Shown here piece by piece: positions 41,236 to 51,670 of a stretch of 64,000 nt of DNA. This stretch comes from an uncultured Bacteroidota bacterium. GTDB taxonomy: Bacteria; Bacteroidota; Bacteroidia; NS11-12g; UBA9320. The translations under genes were made by a program, and so were the position numbers. The notes below the pieces were generated by a model that did not search any database, was not told the origin of the DNA, and saw only the letters and a program-made list of their open reading frames with translations. The stretch lies in the NCBI GenBank assembly GCA_937124965.1, contig CAKZLB010000016.1:24712-88711 (forward strand), read 5' to 3'. Each line of letters begins with the position of its first letter. Within the stretch, counting starts at the first letter, position 1.

Positions 41236-42696
41236 TTACGTCGGGCCGTTTCCTTTTATTTTATGCTTTAAATCGATGAACCACTTCTCAAATCTGCTTA
41301 TTTCTCTAGTTGGACCTATAATCGGATTTTTAACGAAACTAGGGTTGCTAAATAATTGAACGTACACATTTCCTTTTTGATATGTTTTACTCGGCCATTT
41401 GTTTAACTGCGATAATTCCGAAATGGTAAAATCTCCACTAATATTACTGTATAAAACCAACTTGACCGAATCTATCGAAGTGTCGTAAAGGGGAATATAG
41501 TCATTAGAATCACAACACAATTTACTGTCGGTTGATGGGTTGCTCAATGGAGCATAGGTATGAAATGGTTCGTTATCAAAATCCTTTTTAGCTTGTTCAA
41601 GTAACGGAAAAACACTACGATACGAAATGGTTGCATCACCCATAACTTTTCCAGGATAAAACCACCAATGGCCAGACAATAACACAATAAACACAAGAAC
41701 AAGCATCCAGCGTTTAACAGTGTCAAACAATATAACGTTCGATAACAATATCAACGGTAAACATGGCAAAAGATATCGATGCATTGGTCCTGTTTTCGTC
41801 GTAAACGCAATGGCAACTGCATTGAAGAAGAAGATTACAACAAAGAGTATAAAAGGGTGACTTGATACTAATGATGTTCGTTTTCTTACCATCGCCCAAA
41901 TAGGCAAAATAAATAAGGCTATCTGACCATAATCCACAATTCGCCAATCGGCAATTAGAGCATTTACGATAAATCTTTTTATTCCTGGGAAACCTCTATG
42001 ACCAGAGTAATTTGGTGCACTTATATACCATCCAGTTATTGAATGATGGTACAGTATCCAACCTACGAAACAAACAGCTGGTATTACGGCAATTCGTGCA
42101 ATATGAAAACTTTTCTTTTTGAATGAAACGTCTTTTTTCGTTAAAAACCACCACAACCAAATCGGAACTAAGAAGTATAAACCTTGCAAGTGTACTATGA
42201 CAAGTATGGTCGAGAACAGGATTTGAAGCCATGTTTTTTTGACTTCTATTGAATAGACTAAACCAACTACTCCAAGAGTTAACCAAATATGTAAATTGGG
42301 GTTAATTGTTTGTGAAACGAATAGAGGTGTTATAAGCAATAAAATTGCGCCAACCCATGCGTTAGTTCCGGAAGTTTTTGTTTTTGCTAATGTAACAAAA
42401 AGTATTAGAGTCAAGGCCGAAGAAATGAGGTTTACTAAATGACTGACCCAAAGAAACTTGCCGAATATGCTCCAAGCAAATGCGTGAATAAATGGAATTG
42501 TAATTGGGTGACCAGGGTCAACGTTTACAGGAAAATGAATTTCATTGAAACTGGTTTTATAGATATGATTTGAAGCTCTTGAGATTGATGAAATTGCATC
42601 CCCAAAAAAAGGATCATTTGAGGTGAAGATGAAAAGTATAATGAGAAGGACTGATGTTATCGAGCCATATAAAATGTCGCTTCTTTGCATACACAA
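41236..42696 (-). CDS. Polytopic membrane protein, possibly a GT-C-type glycosyltransferase.
   Basis: About 11 predicted TM helices across 486 aa. No firm motif. Confidence 0.5.
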   Translation of the reverse strand: MCMQRSDILYGSITSVLLIILFIFTSNDPFFGDAISSISRASNHIYKTSFNEIHFPVNVDPGHPITIPFIHAFAWSIFGKFLWVSHLVNLISSALTLILFVTLAKTKTSGTNAWVGAILLLITPLFVSQTINPNLHIWLTLGVVGLVYSIEVKKTWLQILFSTILVIVHLQGLYFLVPIWLWWFLTKKDVSFKKKSFHIARIAVIPAVCFVGWILYHHSITGWYISAPNYSGHRGFPGIKRFIVNALIADWRIVDYGQIALFILPIWAMVRKRTSLVSSHPFILFVVIFFFNAVAIAFTTKTGPMHRYLLPCLPLILLSNVILFDTVKRWMLVLVFIVLLSGHWWFYPGKVMGDATISYRSVFPLLEQAKKDFDNEPFHTYAPLSNPSTDSKLCCDSNDYIPLYDTSIDSVKLVLYSNISGDFTISELSQLNKWPSKTYQKGNVYVQLFSNPSFVKNPIIGPTREISRFEKWFIDLKHKIKGNGPT

Positions 42697-42719
42697 AAAT
42701 AGTCTAGAATGTATTTGAT

Positions 42720-43496
42720 TTAAATTTCAATTACACCAGAAAATACATACTCAGCTGGTCCAATTAAATAGATGTCATAAAACTGAGATTCATTTTTCGT
42801 AAAGGAAACTTTAAGTTTTCCTCCCTCTGTTTGGACGTTTGTTGAGTAGCTGCCATTTGCTAAAGCTAACTTTAAACTGTTGGCAAGAGCTGCGGCTGTT
42901 ACACCTGTTCCACAACTTAAAGTTTCATCCTCAACGCCACGTTCGTAAGTACGAATTTTGATTCCATCAGTAACGTCCTCAATGAAATTTACATTTATTC
43001 CCTCGTCATTAAAGCGATCATTGTAACGAATGAATTTAGCTTTTTCAACCACAGACATGCCATTTACGGAGTCAACGAATTGAATGTAATGTGGTGATCC
43101 AGTATTAATGATATAATCAGAATTTGAAAATTCATTTTCTAACACATCGTGCATTTTTAGTTTTACTTCGGAATCAGTTGTCTCTGCATAGTGCTCTCCA
43201 TCCGTTGACAAAAATGTTGTTTTGTTTCCAATAATGCCGAGTTTCTTTGCAAAGGCTACAGCACATCGAGAGCCATTCCCACAAAAACTTTGACTACCAT
43301 CTGAGTTGAAGTAAATCATGTTGAAATCCAGACTTGGGTGTTTTTCTATTACGATCAACCCATCAGCGCCAATCCCGAACTTGCGATCGCACAGCCTATC
43401 AATTGGGAGTTCGCTTGTAGAAAAACGATTTTCCCAATTATTAATCATCACAAAATCGTTACCTGTGCCTTGATATTTTTCGAAAGAAATTTTCAT
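42720..43496 (-). CDS. dapF: Diaminopimelate epimerase.
   Basis: GTGNDFVMINN and the catalytic CGNGSRC are present. Confidence 0.9.
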   Translation of the reverse strand: MKISFEKYQGTGNDFVMINNWENRFSTSELPIDRLCDRKFGIGADGLIVIEKHPSLDFNMIYFNSDGSQSFCGNGSRCAVAFAKKLGIIGNKTTFLSTDGEHYAETTDSEVKLKMHDVLENEFSNSDYIINTGSPHYIQFVDSVNGMSVVEKAKFIRYNDRFNDEGINVNFIEDVTDGIKIRTYERGVEDETLSCGTGVTAAALANSLKLALANGSYSTNVQTEGGKLKVSFTKNESQFYDIYLIGPAEYVFSGVIEI

Positions 43497-43497
43497 T

Positions 43498-44577
43498 TTA
43501 TCGTGTAGATAAAGCCTTTATAACCTCAGCATCCGTGACTTTAGACAATTGATTAAAGCTGTTGTTTGGAATGATTTTATAGTAAACACCATTTTTGGAA
43601 ACGTACGATTGTCCGTTTAACTTGGAAACGGTAATCAGTGTATTTGGTTTAGTGTCAAACAATAGAAGCTTTTGACCATCAAACTTGTAACCCTTAAAGT
43701 TGACAACACTAACCCAAAATTCAACTTTGACACTCCCGTTTACCGATTTGACATATTTGTTCATGTCTTCATCAGAGTAATCTGTATCAAATTGGTCGTC
43801 GGCCTCTTCTTTGTCCGTAGCATCTTTATTCTTTTTTCGCTCAAATAATCTTTTCTTATCTGTTGTGTTTTCTGGGCCTTCTACAGCCTTTGTTGTAGCA
43901 GTCTCATTTACGTTTTGAGCAAACACATATAAAGATATTGATTTCTGCCCAATCATCGAATCACGCTTGGGTACATCAACCTCGTCGGCATTAATCACGT
44001 CCTCGTCTTCTTGCAATTCAGACAAGTCAAGAGTCGGGCTTTCTAATATCGCATCGTTTTCAGGCTCCAATTTCTCAGGTTTTTCGATATTGTCTTCAAC
44101 AACATTGACTAAAGGTTCAGCATCTTTGTCGTCAGGCGGATTCAAGTCATGCGTAAATGAGTCCTGAGAGCTTATTACTGGCTTCTCCTGTTCCTTAGGT
44201 TTAAATTCAGGCTTTTGTTTCTCTGTTTTGGAAGGCTTGTTTTCAGCCAAATTATTAAAGCCATTCGGGAATTGAGATTTAATTAAAACTCCAACAGCAA
44301 TAAAAACCAGAATTGCTGCGGCAATGGATAATGTTCTTTTTTGAAATGGAATTACAAACCCGCGTTTTTTTGGTGCAGAGCTTTTTGTAAGTAAAGCACG
44401 GAGTTCAGCCTCACGACTTACTTCAATACTTTGAATAATTGCTTTTTGAATTTGAACCTGTTTTAAGAAAGAAGCATCGTCTTTCAAGCGGATTTTAAAT
44501 TTATCCAACTCCTGACCAATTAGCTCACCGGAGAGATATTGGTCAATTAATTCATGAATATGTTGTTCGTTACTCAT
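43498..44577 (-). CDS. Anti-sigma factor: an N-terminal cytoplasmic helical domain, a single TM and an acidic periplasmic C-terminal domain.
   Basis: TM segment LSIAAAILVFIAVGVLI. It lies immediately downstream of an ECF sigma gene with a 4-nt gap. Confidence 0.65.
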   Translation of the reverse strand: MSNEQHIHELIDQYLSGELIGQELDKFKIRLKDDASFLKQVQIQKAIIQSIEVSREAELRALLTKSSAPKKRGFVIPFQKRTLSIAAAILVFIAVGVLIKSQFPNGFNNLAENKPSKTEKQKPEFKPKEQEKPVISSQDSFTHDLNPPDDKDAEPLVNVVEDNIEKPEKLEPENDAILESPTLDLSELQEDEDVINADEVDVPKRDSMIGQKSISLYVFAQNVNETATTKAVEGPENTTDKKRLFERKKNKDATDKEEADDQFDTDYSDEDMNKYVKSVNGSVKVEFWVSVVNFKGYKFDGQKLLLFDTKPNTLITVSKLNGQSYVSKNGVYYKIIPNNSFNQLSKVTDAEVIKALSTR

Positions 44578-44581
44578 GGCC

Positions 44582-45151
44582 TTAGTTGAAAAAATCCTCT
44601 TTATTAAATTGACTGGTTACAGATGCCTGTAATCGTTTGAAACACTGGTATTTTTTGGACTTTACGGTGTCAGTGTTCGCAAAACCCATTTTTTCTGCGA
44701 TGATTTTATTCTCCAAACCATCGAAATAGAAATAGCTTAAAAGTTTTTTACAGGTTTCGTCTAACTCGCCAACTAACTTGTGTATAACATGTTGGTCGAG
44801 GTGGTCTGTTGAGATGTCATCAGCCGTAATTTTCTCCTGCAGCGATTCATCTACAACGGTAAATCGCGTTTTTTTCTTTAATTGTTTGAACCATAGATTT
44901 TTTACTATTGCCATGAGGTACGTACTCATTTTAACAGTAAGTGAAAAGTTTGGTTTGTTTACGTTACGCCAGATAGCAATCAAGCTGTCTTGAAGGACGT
45001 CATCCACTTCATCCTCAGTTCCACTGTTTTTAAGTATAAAGCTCTTTACCATAGTGTGATACGATTTTTGCATAATAACTAGTGCTTCCTCGTTTCCTGC
45101 TTTTATTTCCTCAACCAATTGAGAATCAGAAAAACGATTTTTTAGAAGCAT
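44582..45151 (-). CDS. ECF-type sigma-70 family RNA polymerase sigma factor.
   Basis: Sigma region 2 (DDVLQDSLIAIWRN) and region 4 (LDETCKKLLSYFYFDGLENKIIAEKMG). Confidence 0.8.
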   Translation of the reverse strand: MLLKNRFSDSQLVEEIKAGNEEALVIMQKSYHTMVKSFILKNSGTEDEVDDVLQDSLIAIWRNVNKPNFSLTVKMSTYLMAIVKNLWFKQLKKKTRFTVVDESLQEKITADDISTDHLDQHVIHKLVGELDETCKKLLSYFYFDGLENKIIAEKMGFANTDTVKSKKYQCFKRLQASVTSQFNKEDFFN

Positions 45152-45295
45152 TTTATAGAGCGTTAATATTGTTTAATCGAAATTGGTAAATGATTCAGAT
45201 GAATTTTGTCCCTTTAAGCGTTACAAATATCGAAAATTAGAGCACAATTTAATGAGTCATATAAATTTGTGTATGTTGATAACGGAAGAAAGAAT

Positions 45296-46759
45296 ATGAA
45301 AATGAAAAAATTATTAGGATTATTAGCAGTTGCATTCGTAGGCGGAGCAATGGCACTAGGTTTAAACCACGTATTTTTTAGTCAAGAATCAAAACCCCAA
45401 TCATTTGAAGAACAGCAGAAGGTCCACTTTACAAAGCAGTCTCAAGTAACTGACCAGATTGGCGGAAACTTTGTTGGAGTCTCAGAAAAGGCAACGCCAA
45501 CGGTTGTCCACATCAAAACGGAAATCCAACCAACCAATCAAATGGATATGGGTGAATCATTTGACCCATTTGGTTTTTTTAATGACCCACGATTTAGAAA
45601 CAATCAGCCAAGTCAAGGTTCTGGTTCTGGAGTAATTATCATGAACAATGGCTATATCGTAACAAACAATCACGTTATTGATAATGCTAGCAAAATAGAG
45701 GTTATCCTAAACGACAAAAGAAGTTATGATGCAGAGCTTGTTGGAAGAGATCCTGAAACTGACTTAGCATTGCTGAAAATTGAAGAAACAGAATTGCCGT
45801 TTCTTCGCTTTGGCAACTCAGATGATTTGAAAGTAGGAGAGTGGGTGATTGCAGTTGGTAATCCCTTTAATCTAACAAGTACGGTAACCGCTGGAATTGT
45901 AAGTGCAAAAGGTAGAAACATTAACTTATTGAGACAAAATAGTGAGTACGCCATTGAGAATTTTATTCAAACAGACGCGGCCGTTAATCCTGGTAACAGT
46001 GGTGGAGCCTTGGTCAACACTCAAGGAGAACTCATCGGAATTAACACTGCTATCGCAAGTCAAACGGGTTCGTATGCTGGTTACTCGTTTGCTGTTCCAG
46101 TGAATATTGCAAAAAAGGTATTAGATGATTTGCGAAAATATGGTGAAGTAAAACGTGCAATTTTGGGTGTGCGAATACAAGATATTACTGCAGAATTAGC
46201 AGCAGAAAAAGGAATAGAGGATATTGAAGGAGTTTATATTCCTGAAGTCGTAAAAGGTGGAGCTGCGGATAAAGCTGGAATTGAAGCAGATGATATCATT
46301 TTAAAAATCGACGGAGATAAAGTGGATAAATCGTCCGATCTTCAAGAAAAGATTAGTCAATACCATCCTGGAGATGATGTCACTGTATCGCTTCGAAGAG
46401 GTGAAAAACTAATCGAAAAAACGGTAAAACTCTTGAGTAAAGATGGTAAGAAAGAATTTACAACGGAGACAATTCGTGAAGAGAAAAAGGTGTTGGGTGG
46501 AACTTTAGAAAACCTTGGCCATGCGGAAAAGTTAGATTTAAAAATTCGAAATGGTGTTCGTATTCGGGAAATTGGCAAAGGGCCTCTAAAGGATAAAGGT
46601 ATTCCAGAAGGTTTTGTGATTACAATGATTGACAAACAACGTGTTTATACCACCAAAGACGTTGAGAAAATTATTGAGAATAAAAAAGGGTCTGTGTTGA
46701 TTGACGGTGTTTTGCCAAACGGTGACGAAGAATCGTTTGCAATCCGAATTGAGGAGTAA
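45296..46759 (+). CDS. degP: Periplasmic serine endoprotease DegP/HtrA (Do family) with PDZ domains.
   Basis: Signal peptide. The catalytic serine lies in TDAAVNPGNSGGALVN. Confidence 0.88.
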   Translation: MKMKKLLGLLAVAFVGGAMALGLNHVFFSQESKPQSFEEQQKVHFTKQSQVTDQIGGNFVGVSEKATPTVVHIKTEIQPTNQMDMGESFDPFGFFNDPRFRNNQPSQGSGSGVIIMNNGYIVTNNHVIDNASKIEVILNDKRSYDAELVGRDPETDLALLKIEETELPFLRFGNSDDLKVGEWVIAVGNPFNLTSTVTAGIVSAKGRNINLLRQNSEYAIENFIQTDAAVNPGNSGGALVNTQGELIGINTAIASQTGSYAGYSFAVPVNIAKKVLDDLRKYGEVKRAILGVRIQDITAELAAEKGIEDIEGVYIPEVVKGGAADKAGIEADDIILKIDGDKVDKSSDLQEKISQYHPGDDVTVSLRRGEKLIEKTVKLLSKDGKKEFTTETIREEKKVLGGTLENLGHAEKLDLKIRNGVRIREIGKGPLKDKGIPEGFVITMIDKQRVYTTKDVEKIIENKKGSVLIDGVLPNGDEESFAIRIEE

Positions 46760-46781
46760 TTTTATTTCATATACTGTTTTA

Positions 46782-46814
46782 AAAGAGGGTGATTTTGTTA
46801 CCCTCTTTTTTTAT
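46782..46814. terminator. Bidirectional intrinsic terminator.
   Basis: agagggt-gattttgtt-accctct followed by T7. It lies between convergent genes. Confidence 0.6.
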
Positions 46815-46821
46815 TTTAATG

Positions 46822-49800
46822 CTATTGCTTTCTAATTAATAGTTTACTGTAAGTAGAGAATTTGTTGTTTGTGACTTTGATGGTGTAAACACCGTCTGTC
46901 AAACCATCTGTTGAAATTTTTGATTCTATATCGTTCAATAGCTTTTTGAATATTAATTTGCCTTGAATGTCAAAACATTCAGCAAAATGTTTGGTATCAT
47001 TTTGCATTAGTTTGATTATAAAAAAGCTATTTGAGGGGTTGGGGTAAATTGCAGGAATAGTAGACGTTACATCATCTATTGAGGCCTTGCGATATGAATA
47101 ACAATCAGATGTGTCCTTACAATCGTCTTTGAAGAAAATAACGGCATAACTCCCCGATTTTGTTGGGATGTACTGTCGTTTCGTTGCCCCATCTATTGGC
47201 TTAAAATTTTCGTTACAATCTAACCATTGGTACACAACATTTTTATCACCAGCGACAAATATTGAATCCTGAACAAAGACACTAGTGACAATTGGTGCTT
47301 TTTTGATTTGAACCTGAAAAATAGTATCCTCCTTAGTTCCACGTTTAACATATTTAAACTCTCCTGATTTGAAATGAGTTATACCATTAACGATTGTTGA
47401 GTCACAAAAATGGATACTGTCAAAACTGTGTTTGTACGATTTAATTTTTTTCTCAGGAGTGTAAACAGTGTGCGTTGTTACGTTAGTGTAAATGGGCTTG
47501 TTGAAGTCAAAATATATTTCCGCTGAATTATTTAAGACTGTGCCATAAGGGAGATTTCTTACTTGAGATATTGAAAAACGTATAAAGCCATGACTGTTTT
47601 TTTCATCGGTATTACTATCTGGTAGCATAATATCTGTAAACGTCCATTCAGCAATATTGGGCGAAACGATCTTGTAAGTGTAGGGATGGCTGCTCATACC
47701 AGACTTCAAAGAACCTAGGTCAAAGTGTTTTCGAATCGTGTCTCTTATCACCACTTTAAATGCAGTATCGTTTCCTGTATTTTGGAAACGAATAACAAAG
47801 TCAATATCCTGGTTCCGAAATATTTCACCTTTCTCACCAATTCCCGGCGGAAACCCTGTTTTGTCGTTTGGGTCATAGCTTCCTGTAACTTTACCACAAT
47901 ATGAATCCTCCATAGCAGTATTGTTTTGATAGAATGTATTTGTCGATCTCTTTTGTGTTGAATTATTCGCATTACAACCTAAAACCGATGCGGAAGCGTA
48001 TGCTCCTTGCTTTGCGTAAGCGGTTTGTTGTACCAATAGATGGTAGTCCTCTCCTGATGCTGGAAAGCGAAGCGTTGTAATCTCTCCATATGCCAATTTA
48101 ATCGAGTCTGATGCAATTAGATTTCCATCGATAAAAGTATATGCTTTTTTAAAACATTGCATATCGTGACCTTTCAAACCTTTATTCTGTAATTGAAAAA
48201 CTACAGAATCAGATTGGCAGGTACTTTGAACTACAACAATAGAGCTGTCCGACTTATTATAACAGTTAGAAGCATTTTCAAAGTCAATAGAGTCAGAGAT
48301 ATATTCACCTTGGAAATCGACAATTTTTACATCAAAACACAACGGTTCATTCCAGGTTGCTTCGCACGAAATCTTTGATTTAAAGATGATTTTTTTACAA
48401 TATCCAGGATAAATCGAATCAATAGTTAGCTCAATTAAACCAGGTTTTATGATTTTATAGGGATAATTTCCAGAATAAACTTGAATTAACGTATCATAAT
48501 TGAAATGAATAATTGTGCTATCCAATGAACCATTAGCACTAATGTCATTACACACTTCTAAGTAAATAGCTTGATTGCTGAAGCATCTGCGACGAAAAGG
48601 CATGTAGGTGTTTACAGAAGGAATAGCTGTTTGAAATTTACTTTTGAAACCGACTAAAATTTTTGAAGAAATATGTTTGTTTGACTTGATTTCAAAATCT
48701 ACAGAATCTTTAGTTGTTAGTTCCCATAAACCTGGTTTGTCTGCAATCAAGACTTTGTAATCACCATCTTTTAATCCATTTACATGCATTACACCAAATT
48801 CATTTGTTTTACCATAAATGTTACCAGGTAAAATTCTAAAATTACGTCCCGCCAACCCAATTTCATTTTCATCTTGAACGCCGTCTGCGTTATTGTCCTG
48901 AAATGCAGTAATATTCACTCCACTGCTGGAGTAAACGTTAACTCGCCCCTTCTTATAATAGTTGTCTAAGTAGTTGGTATATCTTGGTGCACATACTGCG
49001 AGATGACCATCGGAAGCATCAATCATTTGACTAAAACCTGTAGTGGAGTGGTCAGAAGGTTCCATGATATAGTGCTGGTATTTCCAAACGCCATTAGAAT
49101 CTGAGAATATATGGACTATTCCTCTGTAAGCATTTGATCCTATGTATAGCAATGAATCGTCCAATGCAATAGACTGCCCCATATCCACATAATCATTTTT
49201 TTTGCTATCTTGAAGTACCTGAATGTCGGTATAATATCCCGATTTATTTTTCGGCATAACATACACTAAACCAGCCTGAAAATAGACGCCTGATCCAATT
49301 CGTACGGTCGCGTCTGGTGCGCCAACAACCACATACTTTTCATTTATGTCGACTGTTTTACCAAAATAGAGATTGTATGCTCGATCTTTTGCAACTAGCT
49401 TTTGAATTTGAACCCAGGTGCCATTTGATTTCTCAAAAATGTACGCAGCACCTGCATTATCTACTCTGTTAACGTTGTTTTGATCGGTGCTCTGACTTGG
49501 CGCTCCAATAATAATCCTCCCTTTACACACAGCTACTGCAGCACCAAATTGATCCCCTTTTACAGGTTTATTGGCCGAAACTAAGGCTTTGTATTTCCAT
49601 GAAGAAGTGGAGTCCAGTTCGAAAATCATAACATGACCTGAAGCTATACCTGTGTTGGATTTACCGCTAGAATAACCAACCACAAAAACGGAATCATCTA
49701 CCGCAAGATTTCCTCTTATTCCATTTGGGAAATCGTTGTTGGCATTTATTCGTTGATTTAAACGCCATCGATCAACAGAATCACGTTTGTAAATAACAAT

Positions 49801-50160
49801 GTCTGAACTATCTGCAATGAAATAGTTAATGAAAATATAGTTTGAGGTCATTGTGATATCAGGGATAATAAGATCGCCCAAATAGTCTAATGAAATTTCT
49901 TGGTGGATTTCCCAGTTTCCAGTGGAGGCTTTTTTCCAGATAATCATTGGATCGATTGTTTTGGAACCACATGTCACCATGTAGTCTTCATCGATAGCGA
50001 TGTATTTTGCAATGCTTGTACCGTTGGAATATAGAAGTATACGAGAAATCTCATTAAGATTTTGACCAGATACAAATACAGGTGAGAACATTATGAAACA
50101 CATCGTGAGTAGTCTCAAGGTTGAACATTTGTACATGTATTTGGCTTGATTTTGATTCAT
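46822..50160 (-). CDS. Large secreted T9SS cargo protein (1112 aa) with beta-propeller/FG-GAP-like repeats and a type-A Por C-terminal sorting domain.
   Basis: The C-terminus ...IYPNPSNSFFII...GVYTIKVTNNKFSTYSKLLIRKQ is a type-A T9SS sorting domain. An N-terminal signal is present. Confidence 0.75.
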   Translation of the reverse strand: MNQNQAKYMYKCSTLRLLTMCFIMFSPVFVSGQNLNEISRILLYSNGTSIAKYIAIDEDYMVTCGSKTIDPMIIWKKASTGNWEIHQEISLDYLGDLIIPDITMTSNYIFINYFIADSSDIVIYKRDSVDRWRLNQRINANNDFPNGIRGNLAVDDSVFVVGYSSGKSNTGIASGHVMIFELDSTSSWKYKALVSANKPVKGDQFGAAVAVCKGRIIIGAPSQSTDQNNVNRVDNAGAAYIFEKSNGTWVQIQKLVAKDRAYNLYFGKTVDINEKYVVVGAPDATVRIGSGVYFQAGLVYVMPKNKSGYYTDIQVLQDSKKNDYVDMGQSIALDDSLLYIGSNAYRGIVHIFSDSNGVWKYQHYIMEPSDHSTTGFSQMIDASDGHLAVCAPRYTNYLDNYYKKGRVNVYSSSGVNITAFQDNNADGVQDENEIGLAGRNFRILPGNIYGKTNEFGVMHVNGLKDGDYKVLIADKPGLWELTTKDSVDFEIKSNKHISSKILVGFKSKFQTAIPSVNTYMPFRRRCFSNQAIYLEVCNDISANGSLDSTIIHFNYDTLIQVYSGNYPYKIIKPGLIELTIDSIYPGYCKKIIFKSKISCEATWNEPLCFDVKIVDFQGEYISDSIDFENASNCYNKSDSSIVVVQSTCQSDSVVFQLQNKGLKGHDMQCFKKAYTFIDGNLIASDSIKLAYGEITTLRFPASGEDYHLLVQQTAYAKQGAYASASVLGCNANNSTQKRSTNTFYQNNTAMEDSYCGKVTGSYDPNDKTGFPPGIGEKGEIFRNQDIDFVIRFQNTGNDTAFKVVIRDTIRKHFDLGSLKSGMSSHPYTYKIVSPNIAEWTFTDIMLPDSNTDEKNSHGFIRFSISQVRNLPYGTVLNNSAEIYFDFNKPIYTNVTTHTVYTPEKKIKSYKHSFDSIHFCDSTIVNGITHFKSGEFKYVKRGTKEDTIFQVQIKKAPIVTSVFVQDSIFVAGDKNVVYQWLDCNENFKPIDGATKRQYIPTKSGSYAVIFFKDDCKDTSDCYSYRKASIDDVTSTIPAIYPNPSNSFFIIKLMQNDTKHFAECFDIQGKLIFKKLLNDIESKISTDGLTDGVYTIKVTNNKFSTYSKLLIRKQ

Positions 50161-50254
50161 GGAACGTACTTTCTTTCGAAGCGAATATAGAGATTAGCAA
50201 GTTGATTAAATAACCTTAATAAAAAATCTGTAACCTTGTAACAACAAATTATTT

Positions 50255-51667
50255 ATGGCAAAAATTACGTTCTGTGGAGCCGCTCAAACTGTAACGGGCA
50301 GTAGCCACTTAGTCACATTAGATGATGGCACAAAAATCTTGTTAGATTGTGGTTTATATCAAGGAAGAGAAGATAAATACGAAAATTTTAATCGAGAATG
50401 GAACTTTGATCCAGCTGAGATTGACTACATGATTCTTAGTCATGCACACATTGATCATAGTGGACGAATTCCGAAATTGTCTAAAGACGGCTACAAAGGT
50501 GATATCATCTGCACAAGTGCTACTCGAGATTTAGCATCGATTATGCTTATGGACAGTGCGTATATCCAAGAAAAAGATGTTATTTATATTAATAAGCGAC
50601 GCGAGCGGTTGGGGTTGTTGCCGTTGGATCCATTATACATGATTGAAGATGCTAGAAACTGCATGGATCAATTTATTGGTATTGGTTATAATAGATGGTA
50701 TAAAGTTAATGAACAAGTGTCGGTGCGGTTCAGAGATAGTGGGCACATTTTAGGAAGTGCAAGTGTGACGCTCCGAATACAGAAGGAGCAAGGTCATTAT
50801 AAGTACCTTGGGTTTACAGGTGATATTGGTCGACCTGACCGGCCTATTTTGCGTAATCCAGTTCCTATGGACGATTTGGATTATCTTATTTGTGAATCGA
50901 CATACGGCGGTAAGGAGCACGGAGGCATCCCTGATAATAAGCAAGAGCTTTTGGAGGTAATCCATCACACCTGTGTTGAAAAACGAGGGAAGTTGATTAT
51001 ACCTGCCTTTAGCGTTGGCAGAACTCAAGAAATTGTCTACATGTTAGATCAACTTGAAAACGACAAAAAGTTACCTCATATACCTGTATATGTTGATAGC
51101 CCTTTGGCTGTAAACGCCACAGATATTTTTACAATGCACCCTGAATGTTTTGACGATGCAATTTTGCAATATATGAGTAACGACCCTAACCCATTTGGAT
51201 TTAATGGGTTGAAATACGTGCGAACTGTAGAGCAATCGAAAGCTATAAATGGACTTAAAGGGCCGGCAATAATTATCAGTGCCAGCGGCATGATGTCGGC
51301 AGGTAGAGTAAAACATCACCTAGCAAACAATATTGAAAGTGAAAAAAACACCATTTTGGTTGTCGGATACTGTTCTCCAGGAACGCTTGGAGGAAGAATT
51401 CGGAATGGTGATGAAAAGGTCAGAATTTACGGTACAGAATATTCAGTAAAAGCTGAGGTGAAAGTTTTAGATTCGTTTAGTGCACACGGAGATCAAGGGG
51501 AAATGTTGGATTATTTAGATAATTTGAATCGACATAAGTTGAAAAAAGTATTCTTGGTTCATGGAGATCTTCAACGTCAGGAACTGTTTAAAGAAGCACT
51601 ATTAGAAGACAAATTTCAACAGGTTGAAATACCGCATCTCGGACAAACGTATTCAATAGACATTTAA
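50255..51667 (+). CDS. MBL-fold metallo-hydrolase of the RNA-metabolising beta-CASP type.
   Basis: LSHAHIDHSG is the HxHxDH motif. 470 aa. Confidence 0.8.
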   Translation: MAKITFCGAAQTVTGSSHLVTLDDGTKILLDCGLYQGREDKYENFNREWNFDPAEIDYMILSHAHIDHSGRIPKLSKDGYKGDIICTSATRDLASIMLMDSAYIQEKDVIYINKRRERLGLLPLDPLYMIEDARNCMDQFIGIGYNRWYKVNEQVSVRFRDSGHILGSASVTLRIQKEQGHYKYLGFTGDIGRPDRPILRNPVPMDDLDYLICESTYGGKEHGGIPDNKQELLEVIHHTCVEKRGKLIIPAFSVGRTQEIVYMLDQLENDKKLPHIPVYVDSPLAVNATDIFTMHPECFDDAILQYMSNDPNPFGFNGLKYVRTVEQSKAINGLKGPAIIISASGMMSAGRVKHHLANNIESEKNTILVVGYCSPGTLGGRIRNGDEKVRIYGTEYSVKAEVKVLDSFSAHGDQGEMLDYLDNLNRHKLKKVFLVHGDLQRQELFKEALLEDKFQQVEIPHLGQTYSIDI

Positions 51668-51670
51668 AAC

